A stretch of 64,000 bases of DNA from the NCBI GenBank assembly GCA_965368975.1, contig CBDUPA010000011.1:128001-192000 (forward strand). The letters are read 5' to 3'. The position numbers were made by a program, and so were the translations under genes. The notes beneath the pieces were generated by a model. That model had not been told where the DNA came from and did no database searches. It saw only the letters and a program-made list of their open reading frames with translations. Source of the stretch: an uncultured bacterium. GTDB taxonomy: Bacteria > Acidobacteriota > Thermoanaerobaculia > Multivoradales > JAHZIX01. Below, piece by piece: positions 19,715-28,627 of the stretch. Position 1 is the first letter of the stretch. Every line of letters begins with the position of its first letter.

Positions 19715-19879
19715 ATGGCGATGACCAAGAGCGCGATCGACCGGGTTACTGAGTGGCTGGAGCAGCACCCCCTGAACCAGCCGGGAGCAGACAAGACGCA
19801 TGTCGAGGCTGCAATGGTGGAGTTCCAGCAGCACTATCGACGGATCAGTGGTAAGCGTTTGCCGGCTGGCGGTGAGTGA
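19715..19879 (+). CDS. Small hypothetical protein (54 aa), possible partner of the downstream nucleotidyltransferase
   Basis: My translation: MAMTKSAIDRVTEWLEQHPLNQPGADKTHVEAAMVEFQQHYRRISGKRLPAGGE*. Fills the gap, AGGAAG upstream, stop 2 nt before the next ATG; too short for the ORF track. Confidence 0.5.
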   Translation: MAMTKSAIDRVTEWLEQHPLNQPGADKTHVEAAMVEFQQHYRRISGKRLPAGGE

Positions 19880-19881
19880 TC

Positions 19882-20400
19882 ATGTCTTTCTCCGCTCTCT
19901 TGCGCGGCTTGAATCAGGAGCGAGTGCGCTTCGTACTCATCGGAGCTGCTGGAGCGAACTACTATGCGGCAGCTACCGGAAGTCCGATCTTTGCAACGCA
20001 AGACCGAGATCTTCTACTCCCTCTCGATTCTGAGAATACCTTGAAGACTTGGCAGGTTTGTCAGTCCTGCGGTCTCGATCTATTGAGCCTTGGTGAGCCT
20101 TTGGGTGAACCCTTGGACTCGTGGTTGGCTGACCGCGTAGTTCAGCATCGAGCAACCGTGCAAGCTCGAGGTTCTGAGCTTTGGATCGACCTGTCGTATG
20201 AGATGTCAGGCTTCGAGTTCGACGAGATTTGGCAGCGTAGGCGTCTCTTCGAGGTAGATGAAGTAGAGGTTCCCGTCGCCCGGCTGGTCGACATTGTCGA
20301 CTCGAAACGAGTAGCGAATCGAGACAAGGATCGCTTGTTCTTGTCTACGTATGAGGATCTCCTGGAGAAGTTGCTCACGATGGACTTGGATCCGAAATAG
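19882..20400 (+). CDS. Pol-beta superfamily nucleotidyltransferase (DUF6036/AbiEii-like)
   Basis: FVLIGAAG, TQDRDLL (DxD), WIDL, SKRVANRDKD; lower GC than flanking genes. Confidence 0.7.
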   Translation: MSFSALLRGLNQERVRFVLIGAAGANYYAAATGSPIFATQDRDLLLPLDSENTLKTWQVCQSCGLDLLSLGEPLGEPLDSWLADRVVQHRATVQARGSELWIDLSYEMSGFEFDEIWQRRRLFEVDEVEVPVARLVDIVDSKRVANRDKDRLFLSTYEDLLEKLLTMDLDPK

Positions 20401-20405
20401 GTCGT

Positions 20406-22481
20406 TCAGGAACCCTGTAACAAGTTGAACGCCGCCTGCACCGCATTCCCTTGACCCAACCTCTCCAGCGCCTCCTCCAGTTCCAGATCCTGCCCCTGAG
20501 CCAGGAAGGCTTGTAGCCGTTCCCTCAGGTCTCTCGGCAAGGATGAACCGGCTGCGATGCTACCCAAATCGAGGCCCGATCCCGACTCTGAGATGGTGTT
20601 CGGAATCGGCTTATCGGTTGGCGCGGGTTTCTCCGGCTCTGCCACGACCTCCACCTCCACCCGCCGAAACTCGGCCTCCACCACCTCCAGCCGCGCCGGT
20701 ACGGCGATCCCTCCACGCCGCAGACGATCCCGCCGCCATGCCCGGACTGTCTCTACCGGCTGAGCATTCAAGACGTGCTGCGGCTCCAGCCAGGCGCGCC
20801 GCGCGTTGGCCAGGCCGTACTCGCGCCGAGCCAGATGCGCAGGGGAATGGGCATCGGTGTCGATCGTCAGCATCACGCCCATCTCGCGCGCTTGACGGCA
20901 GGCGAGGTCCGGCAGGTCCATCCGTGCCGGGCTGCCGTTGATCTCCATCGCGACGCCCATTCGCCGCGCGACACTGAACACGCGTTCAAAGTCGAGGTCG
21001 GCGCCGTCGCGGCGGCCGAGTTTGCGGCCGGTGGGGTGGCCGATACAGTCGACCAGGCCGCTTTCCATGGCCTTGACCAGGCGGGCAGTCATCACCTCGC
21101 GTGGTTGGTCGAGATGGTCGTGGACGCTGGCGACCACCCAGTCGAGGCGTTGCAGAGCCGCTGGCGGCAGGTCGAGGTCGCCGTCGGGCAGGATGTCGAC
21201 CTCGATGCCAGCCAGCAGGTGCAGGCCGCCGAGCTGTTGCTCCAGCCGCCGGAGCTGTTCGCCCTGACGTGCCAGTCGCTCCGCGTCGAGACCGCCCGCG
21301 ACGCTCAGGCCCGCCGAGTGGTCGGTGATCGCCAGGTACTCGTAGCCCAGCTCGATCGCTGCCCGCGCCATATCCTGCGCGCTGCCGCTGCCGTCGCTGT
21401 CGTGTGTGTGCAGGTGCAGGTCGCCGCGCAGATCCTCGGCGGTGATCAGGCGGGGCAGGCGTCCCTGCTCGGCCAGCTCCATCTCGCCCAGGTTCTGGCG
21501 CAGCTCAGGGACGATGAACGGCAGGCCGACGGCGGCGAAGATCTCTTCTTCGTGCCGGCCCGTGGTCAGCCGCACGTCATCGCTGCGCCGGCTCACCCCG
21601 TGCTCGCTGATGTGCAGGCCCATGCGACCCGCGCGCGTGCGCAGTGCTACCACGTGTTGCTGCGAGCCGGAGAAGGTGTGGAGGCCGGCGCCCCAACTCT
21701 CGGGCGGGAACACCCACAGATCGGCCTGGACACCGTTGACTAGCCGCACGCTGGCGCTTTCCTCTCCCGCGCTCAGAACTTCGGCTGCCTCGGCCAGGTT
21801 GGCGAAGCGTTCGACCAGGGGACCTGGATGCTCGGCGCAGGCGAGCATGTCGAGGTCGCCGATCAGAGCTTTGCGCCGCCGGCAGCTACCGCCCGCGACG
21901 ACGTCGAGGGTCGCTCCCGTCTCGCGTAGCTGCTCGGCAATGGCGCCGGTGATGCGCAGGGCCTCGACCAGCGGTGTCTTGCTCCGGCGGCGACGGAAGT
22001 GCTCGATTTCTTGCAACACGCTGTGCGCCGCGTCGACACTGAAGCGCGGCAGCTGCAGCAGGCGTCCGGTCCGCGCGGCCATCTCGAGCTGTTCGATGCT
22101 GGCGATTCCGAGGTGCTGGTAGAACATGCGTACCTTGCGCGGGCCCAGCCCCTTGAGTTGCATCAGGTCGCGCAGTCCCGCCGGTAGCCGTGCACGCAAG
22201 CGTTCGAGGTCGTCCGTGGTGCCGGTGCGCAGAATTTGCTTGACGCGGTGCAGCGTGCCGTCACCGATCCCCTGTACCTTCTGCAGGTCGCCCAGGTGCA
22301 GCATCCGCTCAGCTGGCTGCGGCAGGTACTCGATCGCCTTGGCCGCCTGGCGAAAGGCGCGCACGCGGTGCGGCTCGCCGCCCTGGATCGCCAGCAACTC
22401 CGCCATCTCGGCGAACACGGCGCCGATCTCGCGGTTGCTGAGCGGAGTGCGCGACGGGTTGAGTTGCACAGAAGGGGGCAT
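20406..22481 (-). CDS. polX: DNA polymerase X / PHP domain protein
   Basis: HhH motifs GIG and GLGP, GSCRRRKALIGDLD, QADLW, DLHLHTHDSDG, ITDHS, GHPTGR, DTDAH. Start uncertain. Confidence 0.92.
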   Translation of the reverse strand: MPPSVQLNPSRTPLSNREIGAVFAEMAELLAIQGGEPHRVRAFRQAAKAIEYLPQPAERMLHLGDLQKVQGIGDGTLHRVKQILRTGTTDDLERLRARLPAGLRDLMQLKGLGPRKVRMFYQHLGIASIEQLEMAARTGRLLQLPRFSVDAAHSVLQEIEHFRRRRSKTPLVEALRITGAIAEQLRETGATLDVVAGGSCRRRKALIGDLDMLACAEHPGPLVERFANLAEAAEVLSAGEESASVRLVNGVQADLWVFPPESWGAGLHTFSGSQQHVVALRTRAGRMGLHISEHGVSRRSDDVRLTTGRHEEEIFAAVGLPFIVPELRQNLGEMELAEQGRLPRLITAEDLRGDLHLHTHDSDGSGSAQDMARAAIELGYEYLAITDHSAGLSVAGGLDAERLARQGEQLRRLEQQLGGLHLLAGIEVDILPDGDLDLPPAALQRLDWVVASVHDHLDQPREVMTARLVKAMESGLVDCIGHPTGRKLGRRDGADLDFERVFSVARRMGVAMEINGSPARMDLPDLACRQAREMGVMLTIDTDAHSPAHLARREYGLANARRAWLEPQHVLNAQPVETVRAWRRDRLRRGGIAVPARLEVVEAEFRRVEVEVVAEPEKPAPTDKPIPNTISESGSGLDLGSIAAGSSLPRDLRERLQAFLAQGQDLELEEALERLGQGNAVQAAFNLLQGS

Positions 22482-22622
22482 TTGCACAAAGCTACCGCCC
22501 GTGAGGTCAATTGGGAAGGCTTCGCAGCGATGAACGCCCACCACTTCGGCAAGATCTACCGGATGGTCTTGTCATAGGGTCGCTCGTCTCGTCCACTCTT
22601 CCATCCGACCGTGAGGTGAATC

Positions 22623-25600
22623 GTGCTCCGTTCTCTGACTACTGCCTGTGTCGCGTCGCTGGTTCTGCTCTTGTCTTCCTGGTGCTCGGTTCCTCTGGAT
22701 GCGGCTGAGGAGCGCGCCAAGAAGGAAGACTGGGACGTCAATGCCGCGCACGGCTCCACGCGCACGGTCACCTTCACCACCGACGAAGGCACCTGGATGC
22801 CGCTCGACGTGCATCCCGACGGCCGCCACCTGGTCTTCGCCCTGCTCGGCGATCTCTACCTGCTGCCGATCGAGGGCGGCGAGGCGGTGCGGCTCACCGA
22901 GGGACCGGCGTTCGACACGCAGCCGCGCTTCAGCCCGGATGGTCGTCAACTGGCTTTTGCCAGTGACGGTGAGGGTTCCGAGAACCTGTGGCTGGCCGAC
23001 TTCGTGCGCGGCGAGGACGGCACCTACAGCTTGCACCAGCCGCGCCAGCTGAGCGACGAAGACGAGGTCACCGGTCCTGAGTGGACGCCGGACGGTGACT
23101 ACCTGATCGGGCGCAAACGCACTACCGGCCAGTCGAGCATCGGTGTCGTCGAGCTGCGGCTGTGGCACGTGCGCGGTGGCGAGGGTGTGGTCCTCACCGA
23201 TACCTCAAAGCTGCGCGATGCCGCTGCGCCGCAGGTGTCGCCGGACGGCCGCTTCGTCTACTTCGCCGGGCGCGCCGGCGGCTTCCGGTACGACCGTAAC
23301 GTCTACGACGGTATCTGGCAGCTTGCCCGGCTCGACCGGCGGAACGGCGAGGTGCAGCCGCTGACCGACGTCTTCGGCGGAGCCGCCGCGCCGCGCCTGA
23401 GCCCGGATGGCCGGCAAGTCGCTTTCGTGCGCCGCGTCGACGCCGCCACAGAACTGCAGCTGCTGGACCTGCAGCGCGGCACCGTACGGCAGCTAGCGCG
23501 TGGTGTCACGCGCGATCAAATGCAGGGCTTCGCCGTTCATGGCAACTTCCCGGGCTATGCCTGGATGCCGGATGGAGCCTCGATCGTAGCTACCGCGGAG
23601 GGCAAGATCTGGCGCTTTGACGTTGCGACAGGCCTTCGTACGGCGATTCCCTTCCAGGCACGGGTGGAGCAGGAAGTGCACGACGCCCTGCGCTGGCCGC
23701 GCCGCCTGCAAGGTCCCGGAACGGACGAGGTGCGTGCGCGTCTGTTGCGCTGGCCGGTCGAGGTGGCGGCCGGCGACGGCAAGCTGCTGCTTTTCTCCGC
23801 GGTCGGTCACCTCTATGGCCAGCGTCTGGACGCTACGGGCCAGGTGCAGGGCGAGCCCTTCCGGCTCACGGACGCCGAGCAGCTGGAGTACGCACCAGCC
23901 CTGTCCCCGGACGGACGCCGTCTTGCCTACACGAGCTGGGACGACTCGATGGCGGGTGGCCACCTCTGGCTCGTCGATCTCGATGCCGCCACAGGCCAGC
24001 TCGGCGAGCCGCGGCGTCTGACCCAGTACCCGGGCCAGTATGCCAATCCGTCCTTCTCGCCGGACGGCCGAAGGCTGGTGTACCTGGCGGGCAGCGGCAG
24101 TCCGCAGCGCGGCCGCAGCCTGGAAGCGGAGCTGTGGCATCGATTGCTTTGGATCGATGTCGAATCCGATGGTGCCGACTCGGGCGCCGGCTTCAGTGAG
24201 CCTCACTTCATCGTCGACACCTCCAACCGGGGCAGCAACCGAGCCATGACGCGTCCCGTGTTCTCGCCCGATGGCGAGCGCGTCTTCTTCGTCGACAGCG
24301 CCGAGGGCGGTTTCAGCCGCCGCGAACTACCGCCGACCCAGCTGGTGTCCGTGCGCCTGGACGGCAGCGACCGCCGCGAGCATCTACAGTGGCCCAAGGC
24401 AGAAGAAGCGATCCCGTCGCCGGACGGCCGCTGGGTGCTCTATCGCGAGTTGCAGGATGCCTACCTGGTGCCCTTGCCGCTGGCCGGTAGCGAGCCGGTC
24501 GAGGTCAAGGCCAAGGGCGGTCCTTTGCCGGTCGTCCAGCTCACCGATGGCGAAGGAGCCCTGTGGCTGAACTGGGCGGAGGCCGGCAGCACACTGACCT
24601 GGATCCACGGTCCGATGTACTCGCGCGTGCCGCTGGCGAGAGCTCTTGCGCAGCCCGATGAGAACCGGGCCGATGAGAACCGGGCCGATGAGAACCGGGC
24701 CGACGAGCCCCGGCCGGAAGAGACCGCGCCCGAGCTGGAAGGCGAAGCGGAGAAGGAGGAGACGCACAAGCCGGCTCTGCAGGTCGACCAAACCGAGATC
24801 ACGCTCCGCCTTCCGCGGCATCTCGGTCGTGGCGTCGTCGCCTACCGCGGCGCTCGCGTCGTACCGATGACCGCCAGCTCGGACGACCCCGCCACGACGC
24901 CGATCATCGAAGACGCCGTTCTGCTGGTTGACGGCCACCGCTTGAGGGCTGTCGGTCCCGCCAGCGAGGTCGAGATTCCCGCGGACGCCGAAATCGTCGA
25001 CCTGACGGGCAAGACTGTCATTCCCGGCTTCGTCGACATCCACGGTCACCCGCACTACGCCACGCTCGACATCCTGCCGCGCCGTCCCTGGCAGTACCAC
25101 GCCAACCTCGCCTACGGCGTCACCACCATCCACGATCCGTCGGCACCCAACCACGAGGTCTTCACCCTCGCCGAGATGGTCGAGGCGGGCGAAGTCGCCG
25201 GCCCGCGCATGTTCTCCACCGGCTATGTCATCTACGGCGCCACCGACGCCCACAACATCCGCATCAAGAGCCTGGACGACGCTCGCAAGCAGGTGCGCCG
25301 GTTGCAGCAGCTGGGTGCGATCAGCGTCAAGTCCTACGAACAGCCGCAGCGTCAGCAGCGTCAATGGTTGATCCAGGCCGGCCGCGAAGCCGGCATGATG
25401 GTGATGCCCGAGGGCGGCGGCAACCTGGAAGCCAATATCACCATGATCCACGATGGTCACACCACCATCGAGCACGCTGTCAGCGTTGCGCCGCTGTACC
25501 AGGACGTGCGCACGCTCTTCGCCGAGAGCGGCACCGCATACACGCCGACACTGGAAGTCGTCTATGGGGGCTTGTCCGGTTTCAACTGGTTCTTCCAACA

Positions 25601-26057
25601 CTACGACGTCTTCCGCGATGCCAATCTCGCCCGCTTCGTGCCTCAAGACGTGCTGCAGCGTGAAACGCGGATCCGCGACGTCATGGCGCCGGACGAAGAC
25701 TGGCAACACCTCGTCCTGTCCGCGCGCGACACGCGCGACATTCTGCGCGCCGGCGGCCGCGTGTGCCTGGGAAGCCACGGTGAGATGCAGGGCCTGGGCG
25801 CGCACTGGGAGATCTGGAGCTTCGTCCAGGGCGGTATGACCCCCGCCGAAGCTCTCGCCGCCGCCACCCGCCTACCCGCCGAAGTCCTCGGCCTGGACGG
25901 TGACATCGGCACCCTCGAGGCCGGCAAGCTGGCGGACTTCGTGGTGCTCGGCGCCGACCCGCTGGAGAAGATCGAGAACACCGACTCCGTCGAGCTGGTG
26001 GTCAAGGGAGGTGTGCGCTACACCCCGGATGAGTTGGCGATTTTTCCGGTGCCCTGA
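22623..26057 (+). CDS. Exported amidohydrolase with N-terminal PD40 (TolB-like) propellers
   Basis: Signal peptide, many SPDG repeats, VIPGFVDIHGH, TTIEH, GSHG, GTLEAGKLADFVVL. Confidence 0.88.
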   Translation: MLRSLTTACVASLVLLLSSWCSVPLDAAEERAKKEDWDVNAAHGSTRTVTFTTDEGTWMPLDVHPDGRHLVFALLGDLYLLPIEGGEAVRLTEGPAFDTQPRFSPDGRQLAFASDGEGSENLWLADFVRGEDGTYSLHQPRQLSDEDEVTGPEWTPDGDYLIGRKRTTGQSSIGVVELRLWHVRGGEGVVLTDTSKLRDAAAPQVSPDGRFVYFAGRAGGFRYDRNVYDGIWQLARLDRRNGEVQPLTDVFGGAAAPRLSPDGRQVAFVRRVDAATELQLLDLQRGTVRQLARGVTRDQMQGFAVHGNFPGYAWMPDGASIVATAEGKIWRFDVATGLRTAIPFQARVEQEVHDALRWPRRLQGPGTDEVRARLLRWPVEVAAGDGKLLLFSAVGHLYGQRLDATGQVQGEPFRLTDAEQLEYAPALSPDGRRLAYTSWDDSMAGGHLWLVDLDAATGQLGEPRRLTQYPGQYANPSFSPDGRRLVYLAGSGSPQRGRSLEAELWHRLLWIDVESDGADSGAGFSEPHFIVDTSNRGSNRAMTRPVFSPDGERVFFVDSAEGGFSRRELPPTQLVSVRLDGSDRREHLQWPKAEEAIPSPDGRWVLYRELQDAYLVPLPLAGSEPVEVKAKGGPLPVVQLTDGEGALWLNWAEAGSTLTWIHGPMYSRVPLARALAQPDENRADENRADENRADEPRPEETAPELEGEAEKEETHKPALQVDQTEITLRLPRHLGRGVVAYRGARVVPMTASSDDPATTPIIEDAVLLVDGHRLRAVGPASEVEIPADAEIVDLTGKTVIPGFVDIHGHPHYATLDILPRRPWQYHANLAYGVTTIHDPSAPNHEVFTLAEMVEAGEVAGPRMFSTGYVIYGATDAHNIRIKSLDDARKQVRRLQQLGAISVKSYEQPQRQQRQWLIQAGREAGMMVMPEGGGNLEANITMIHDGHTTIEHAVSVAPLYQDVRTLFAESGTAYTPTLEVVYGGLSGFNWFFQHYDVFRDANLARFVPQDVLQRETRIRDVMAPDEDWQHLVLSARDTRDILRAGGRVCLGSHGEMQGLGAHWEIWSFVQGGMTPAEALAAATRLPAEVLGLDGDIGTLEAGKLADFVVLGADPLEKIENTDSVELVVKGGVRYTPDELAIFPVP
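24657..24701 (+). repeat. 3 x 15-bp perfect tandem repeat (DENRA)
   Basis: gatgagaaccgggcc x3 in the inter-domain linker. Confidence 0.9.
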
Positions 26058-26102
26058 ATCGGGCGCGCAAGTGTGCTCATCAATGCGCTCATCCGGGCCT
26101 AT

Positions 26103-27419
26103 CTATCCCACCGGTACAGCGGGCACCGAGTGGGGGTCGAGGCGGCGCAGGAAAGCGTAGCCGATACCGGCCAGGCCGAACTGGAGCCCGGGGGTCTCGG
26201 CACCGTCCGGGACGCCGCAGGGCCAGGGCTGGTCGTCGTGGAGGTGTTGGTCGAGGGCCTGTGCCGCCGCGTCCACCCATGGCATCTGGTCTGGGGTCTC
26301 TTGGTCTGGGGTGTCTGGGTTTGGGGTCTCTGGGTTTGGGGCCTGCCTTTGCGTCGCCGGCCGAGCGGGGGGACGAGAGGTTGTCTGCAGGTCGTGTCGG
26401 CCGCGCTCGATCCAGGGTTCGTGGTCGAGAATCTGGCCCAGGCGCAACAGGCTCCAGGCGATGCCCGCGCCAGGGTCGTCGTCCTTGAGGCTGGGTTCGT
26501 CGCGATCGAGGGAGCTGCGGTGGTCGAGGCTGTGGAGGGCCTGCTGGATCGCACCTTCGGCGGTGGTGCGCAGCTGCGGCTCGCCCGTGAGGCGCCACAA
26601 CTCGGCCAGGAAGATGGCGATGCCGGCGGTGCCGTTGGCGAGGTCGGGGCCCAAGGCGCCGTAGGTGGGCCCTGAGCCCTTGGGCTGCGGTAGCCAGCCC
26701 AGCCAGTTGCAGCGCCCCTGGTGCCAGATCGCGTCGCGGCACAGGCGCCGGCCGAGGTGGCTGACGGCCTGCAAGTAGGGGGCGTTCTCCGACTCCTCCG
26801 TCAGGCCGTTCCTCCCGGGCAGCAGTGCCTCCGTGAGCGGCGGTACCTCGGGCACGAGTGCCCGCCGCAGTTGGTCGGACAGGTGCAGCTGTAGTAGGTG
26901 GACGGTGGTCGTGAAGAAGCGGCGACTGACGCAGAGCACCGCGGCGTCGGGGCGGCCGTAGCGGTCCGGATCCGCAAGGCACTCGAGGCGGAAGGGAACC
27001 AGGGCCTGGTTCAAGGTGTCGGTCACCGAGGCCACCAGCTCGGCGGCGTGCGTCGCGGGCACGTGGAAGGAGAAGTGCACGGTCAGGGCGTCTTCGAGCC
27101 CGTCCCCGAGCCGTTCGCCGTAGGCGACGTAGCGGCTGTTGGGCTCGTCGACCTCCTCGTACCCCGCCCGCAGGTAGATCTCGTCGCCCACCTGTGGCGG
27201 CCGCCCATCAATGGGGTTGAGGAACTCACCGGCAAGCGGGACGCGCTGGCGGTCGCCCTTGGTCACGGAGAGGCGGTCGTTGTATTCGTCGATGCTCTCG
27301 ATCCGCCATCCCTTGTCCCAGCGTTCACGGCTGCGGTTGGCCTGCGACAGGGTTTGCAGGAAGGCCGCTCCCCGCGCGGAGGTCTGTCTGGGAGGTACCG
27401 GGGAGAGTGGAAGGCTCAT
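26103..27419 (-). CDS. HopA1-family (LanY-like) domain fused to an internally truncated LanC-like domain; possibly degenerate
   Basis: WDKGWRI, LNQALVPFRLECL, YGRPDAAVL (HopA1-like); CNWLG, GPDLANGTAGIAIFLAEL and ETPGLQFGLAGIGYAFLR (LanC-like). No WCHG/CHG Zn-ligand motifs. Confidence 0.65.
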   Translation of the reverse strand: MSLPLSPVPPRQTSARGAAFLQTLSQANRSRERWDKGWRIESIDEYNDRLSVTKGDRQRVPLAGEFLNPIDGRPPQVGDEIYLRAGYEEVDEPNSRYVAYGERLGDGLEDALTVHFSFHVPATHAAELVASVTDTLNQALVPFRLECLADPDRYGRPDAAVLCVSRRFFTTTVHLLQLHLSDQLRRALVPEVPPLTEALLPGRNGLTEESENAPYLQAVSHLGRRLCRDAIWHQGRCNWLGWLPQPKGSGPTYGALGPDLANGTAGIAIFLAELWRLTGEPQLRTTAEGAIQQALHSLDHRSSLDRDEPSLKDDDPGAGIAWSLLRLGQILDHEPWIERGRHDLQTTSRPPARPATQRQAPNPETPNPDTPDQETPDQMPWVDAAAQALDQHLHDDQPWPCGVPDGAETPGLQFGLAGIGYAFLRRLDPHSVPAVPVG

Positions 27420-27437
27420 GGGGGTCTCCTGGAGCGT

Positions 27438-28571
27438 TCAGAGAGCGAGTAGCTCGGCTGCGCTCTGATCGGGGTCGTGCAGCATGTCGGCCGCCGTTTG
27501 CAGCATGACGATGCCCTGCCCGGTCATCTCCGGCACTTGCATCAGGTGCTCGTAGGCGCTCTGCAGCAGGCGTGCACCGGCATGGCGGAAGGTGCGTTGC
27601 AGCTGCGGCCGTGCGTCCGCGACGTTCCAGCCACGGCCCTGGCAGTAGGCGTGCCACAACGCCAGGGCCGACGGCTGGAGCTGGCGCAACGGAACCTGGG
27701 CGTATTCCGGAAGCTGGTCGGGGTTGGTCCCGGTCGGAGCCTTCATCGACAGGATCCAGGACAGCAGGAAGGCCTGTAGCAGGGACCCGACATCCCAGGC
27801 AGCATCGCTGATGTCGGCCAGCTCCCAGTCGACGAAGTACAGCCGCGGCTCGGCGTCACCCTGCTGGGCGGCGTCACCCTGCGGGGCCGTGTCCTCCTGG
27901 GTTGGCAGGATGATGCAGTTGTCCCACTTCATGTCGCCGTGGATCAGGCTGTCGAAGCGCCAACTGGCGTTCAGCTGCTCGATCTGGGCGGTGAGCTCGG
28001 GCCGGGAGCGCAGGAAGTCCACCATCGCGATCGTGCCGCCGGTGGTGACGGGACCGGCGTTGTCGGCTTGGTGCAGGCGCAAGATCCACGGCGTCTTGCG
28101 CGGAAAGATCGGACTCTCCGGAGGCTCGACCTGCTGGGCGAGTTCGAAGACGCTGACCGCGTGGTAGGTCGCGAGCCCTTCGCCCAGGAGTCGGGACAGG
28201 TCGGGCGGGCAGGTGTCGAGCTGCTCCAGGAACTCGGTCAGCGAAGAGCCAGGTAGTAGCTCGATAACCAGGCAAGGACGGGCGATGTCGTAGTCCAGCC
28301 AGCGTGGTAACAGGCGGGCCAAGGTGGGTGCGGATCCGCTGTGTGCCAGCTGGTAGCAGGCCGCCTCGCGGTGCAGGTAGGCGGCTTCGAAGTCGTCGAG
28401 GATTGGTGGCTGCTTGATGAACAGGCTGCCACCACTTCCGCGGTGCACCCGGAAGTTGCGGTTGCGGCCACCGACGCTAATGACGCGGAAGGTACCGTCG
28501 ATGATCGATGCGGCGTCCAGGTGGCCTCAGCCCATCAGGTAGTGAGCAAGATTGGTCGTAGTGAGGAACAT
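27438..28571 (-). pseudogene. APH-family phosphotransferase (LanK/TvaC-like) interrupted by an in-frame TGA at codon 15
   Basis: Reads MFLTTTNLAHYLMG*GHLDAASIIDGTFRVISVGGRNRNFRVHRGSGGSLFIKQ; LIHGDMKWDN and FVDWELA kinase motifs; TGA at 28529-28527. Confidence 0.7.
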
Positions 28572-28627
28572 GTGCGGCTCTCCGATCCAGCCTGGAACTC
28601 GGACAATCCTGTCATAGCACTGTCACC

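Noticed and set aside
28527-28529. TGA as selenocysteine or a genetic-code reassignment
   Set aside because: TGA is the normal stop for many genes in the window, the position is not a catalytic Cys context, and I saw no obvious SECIS.
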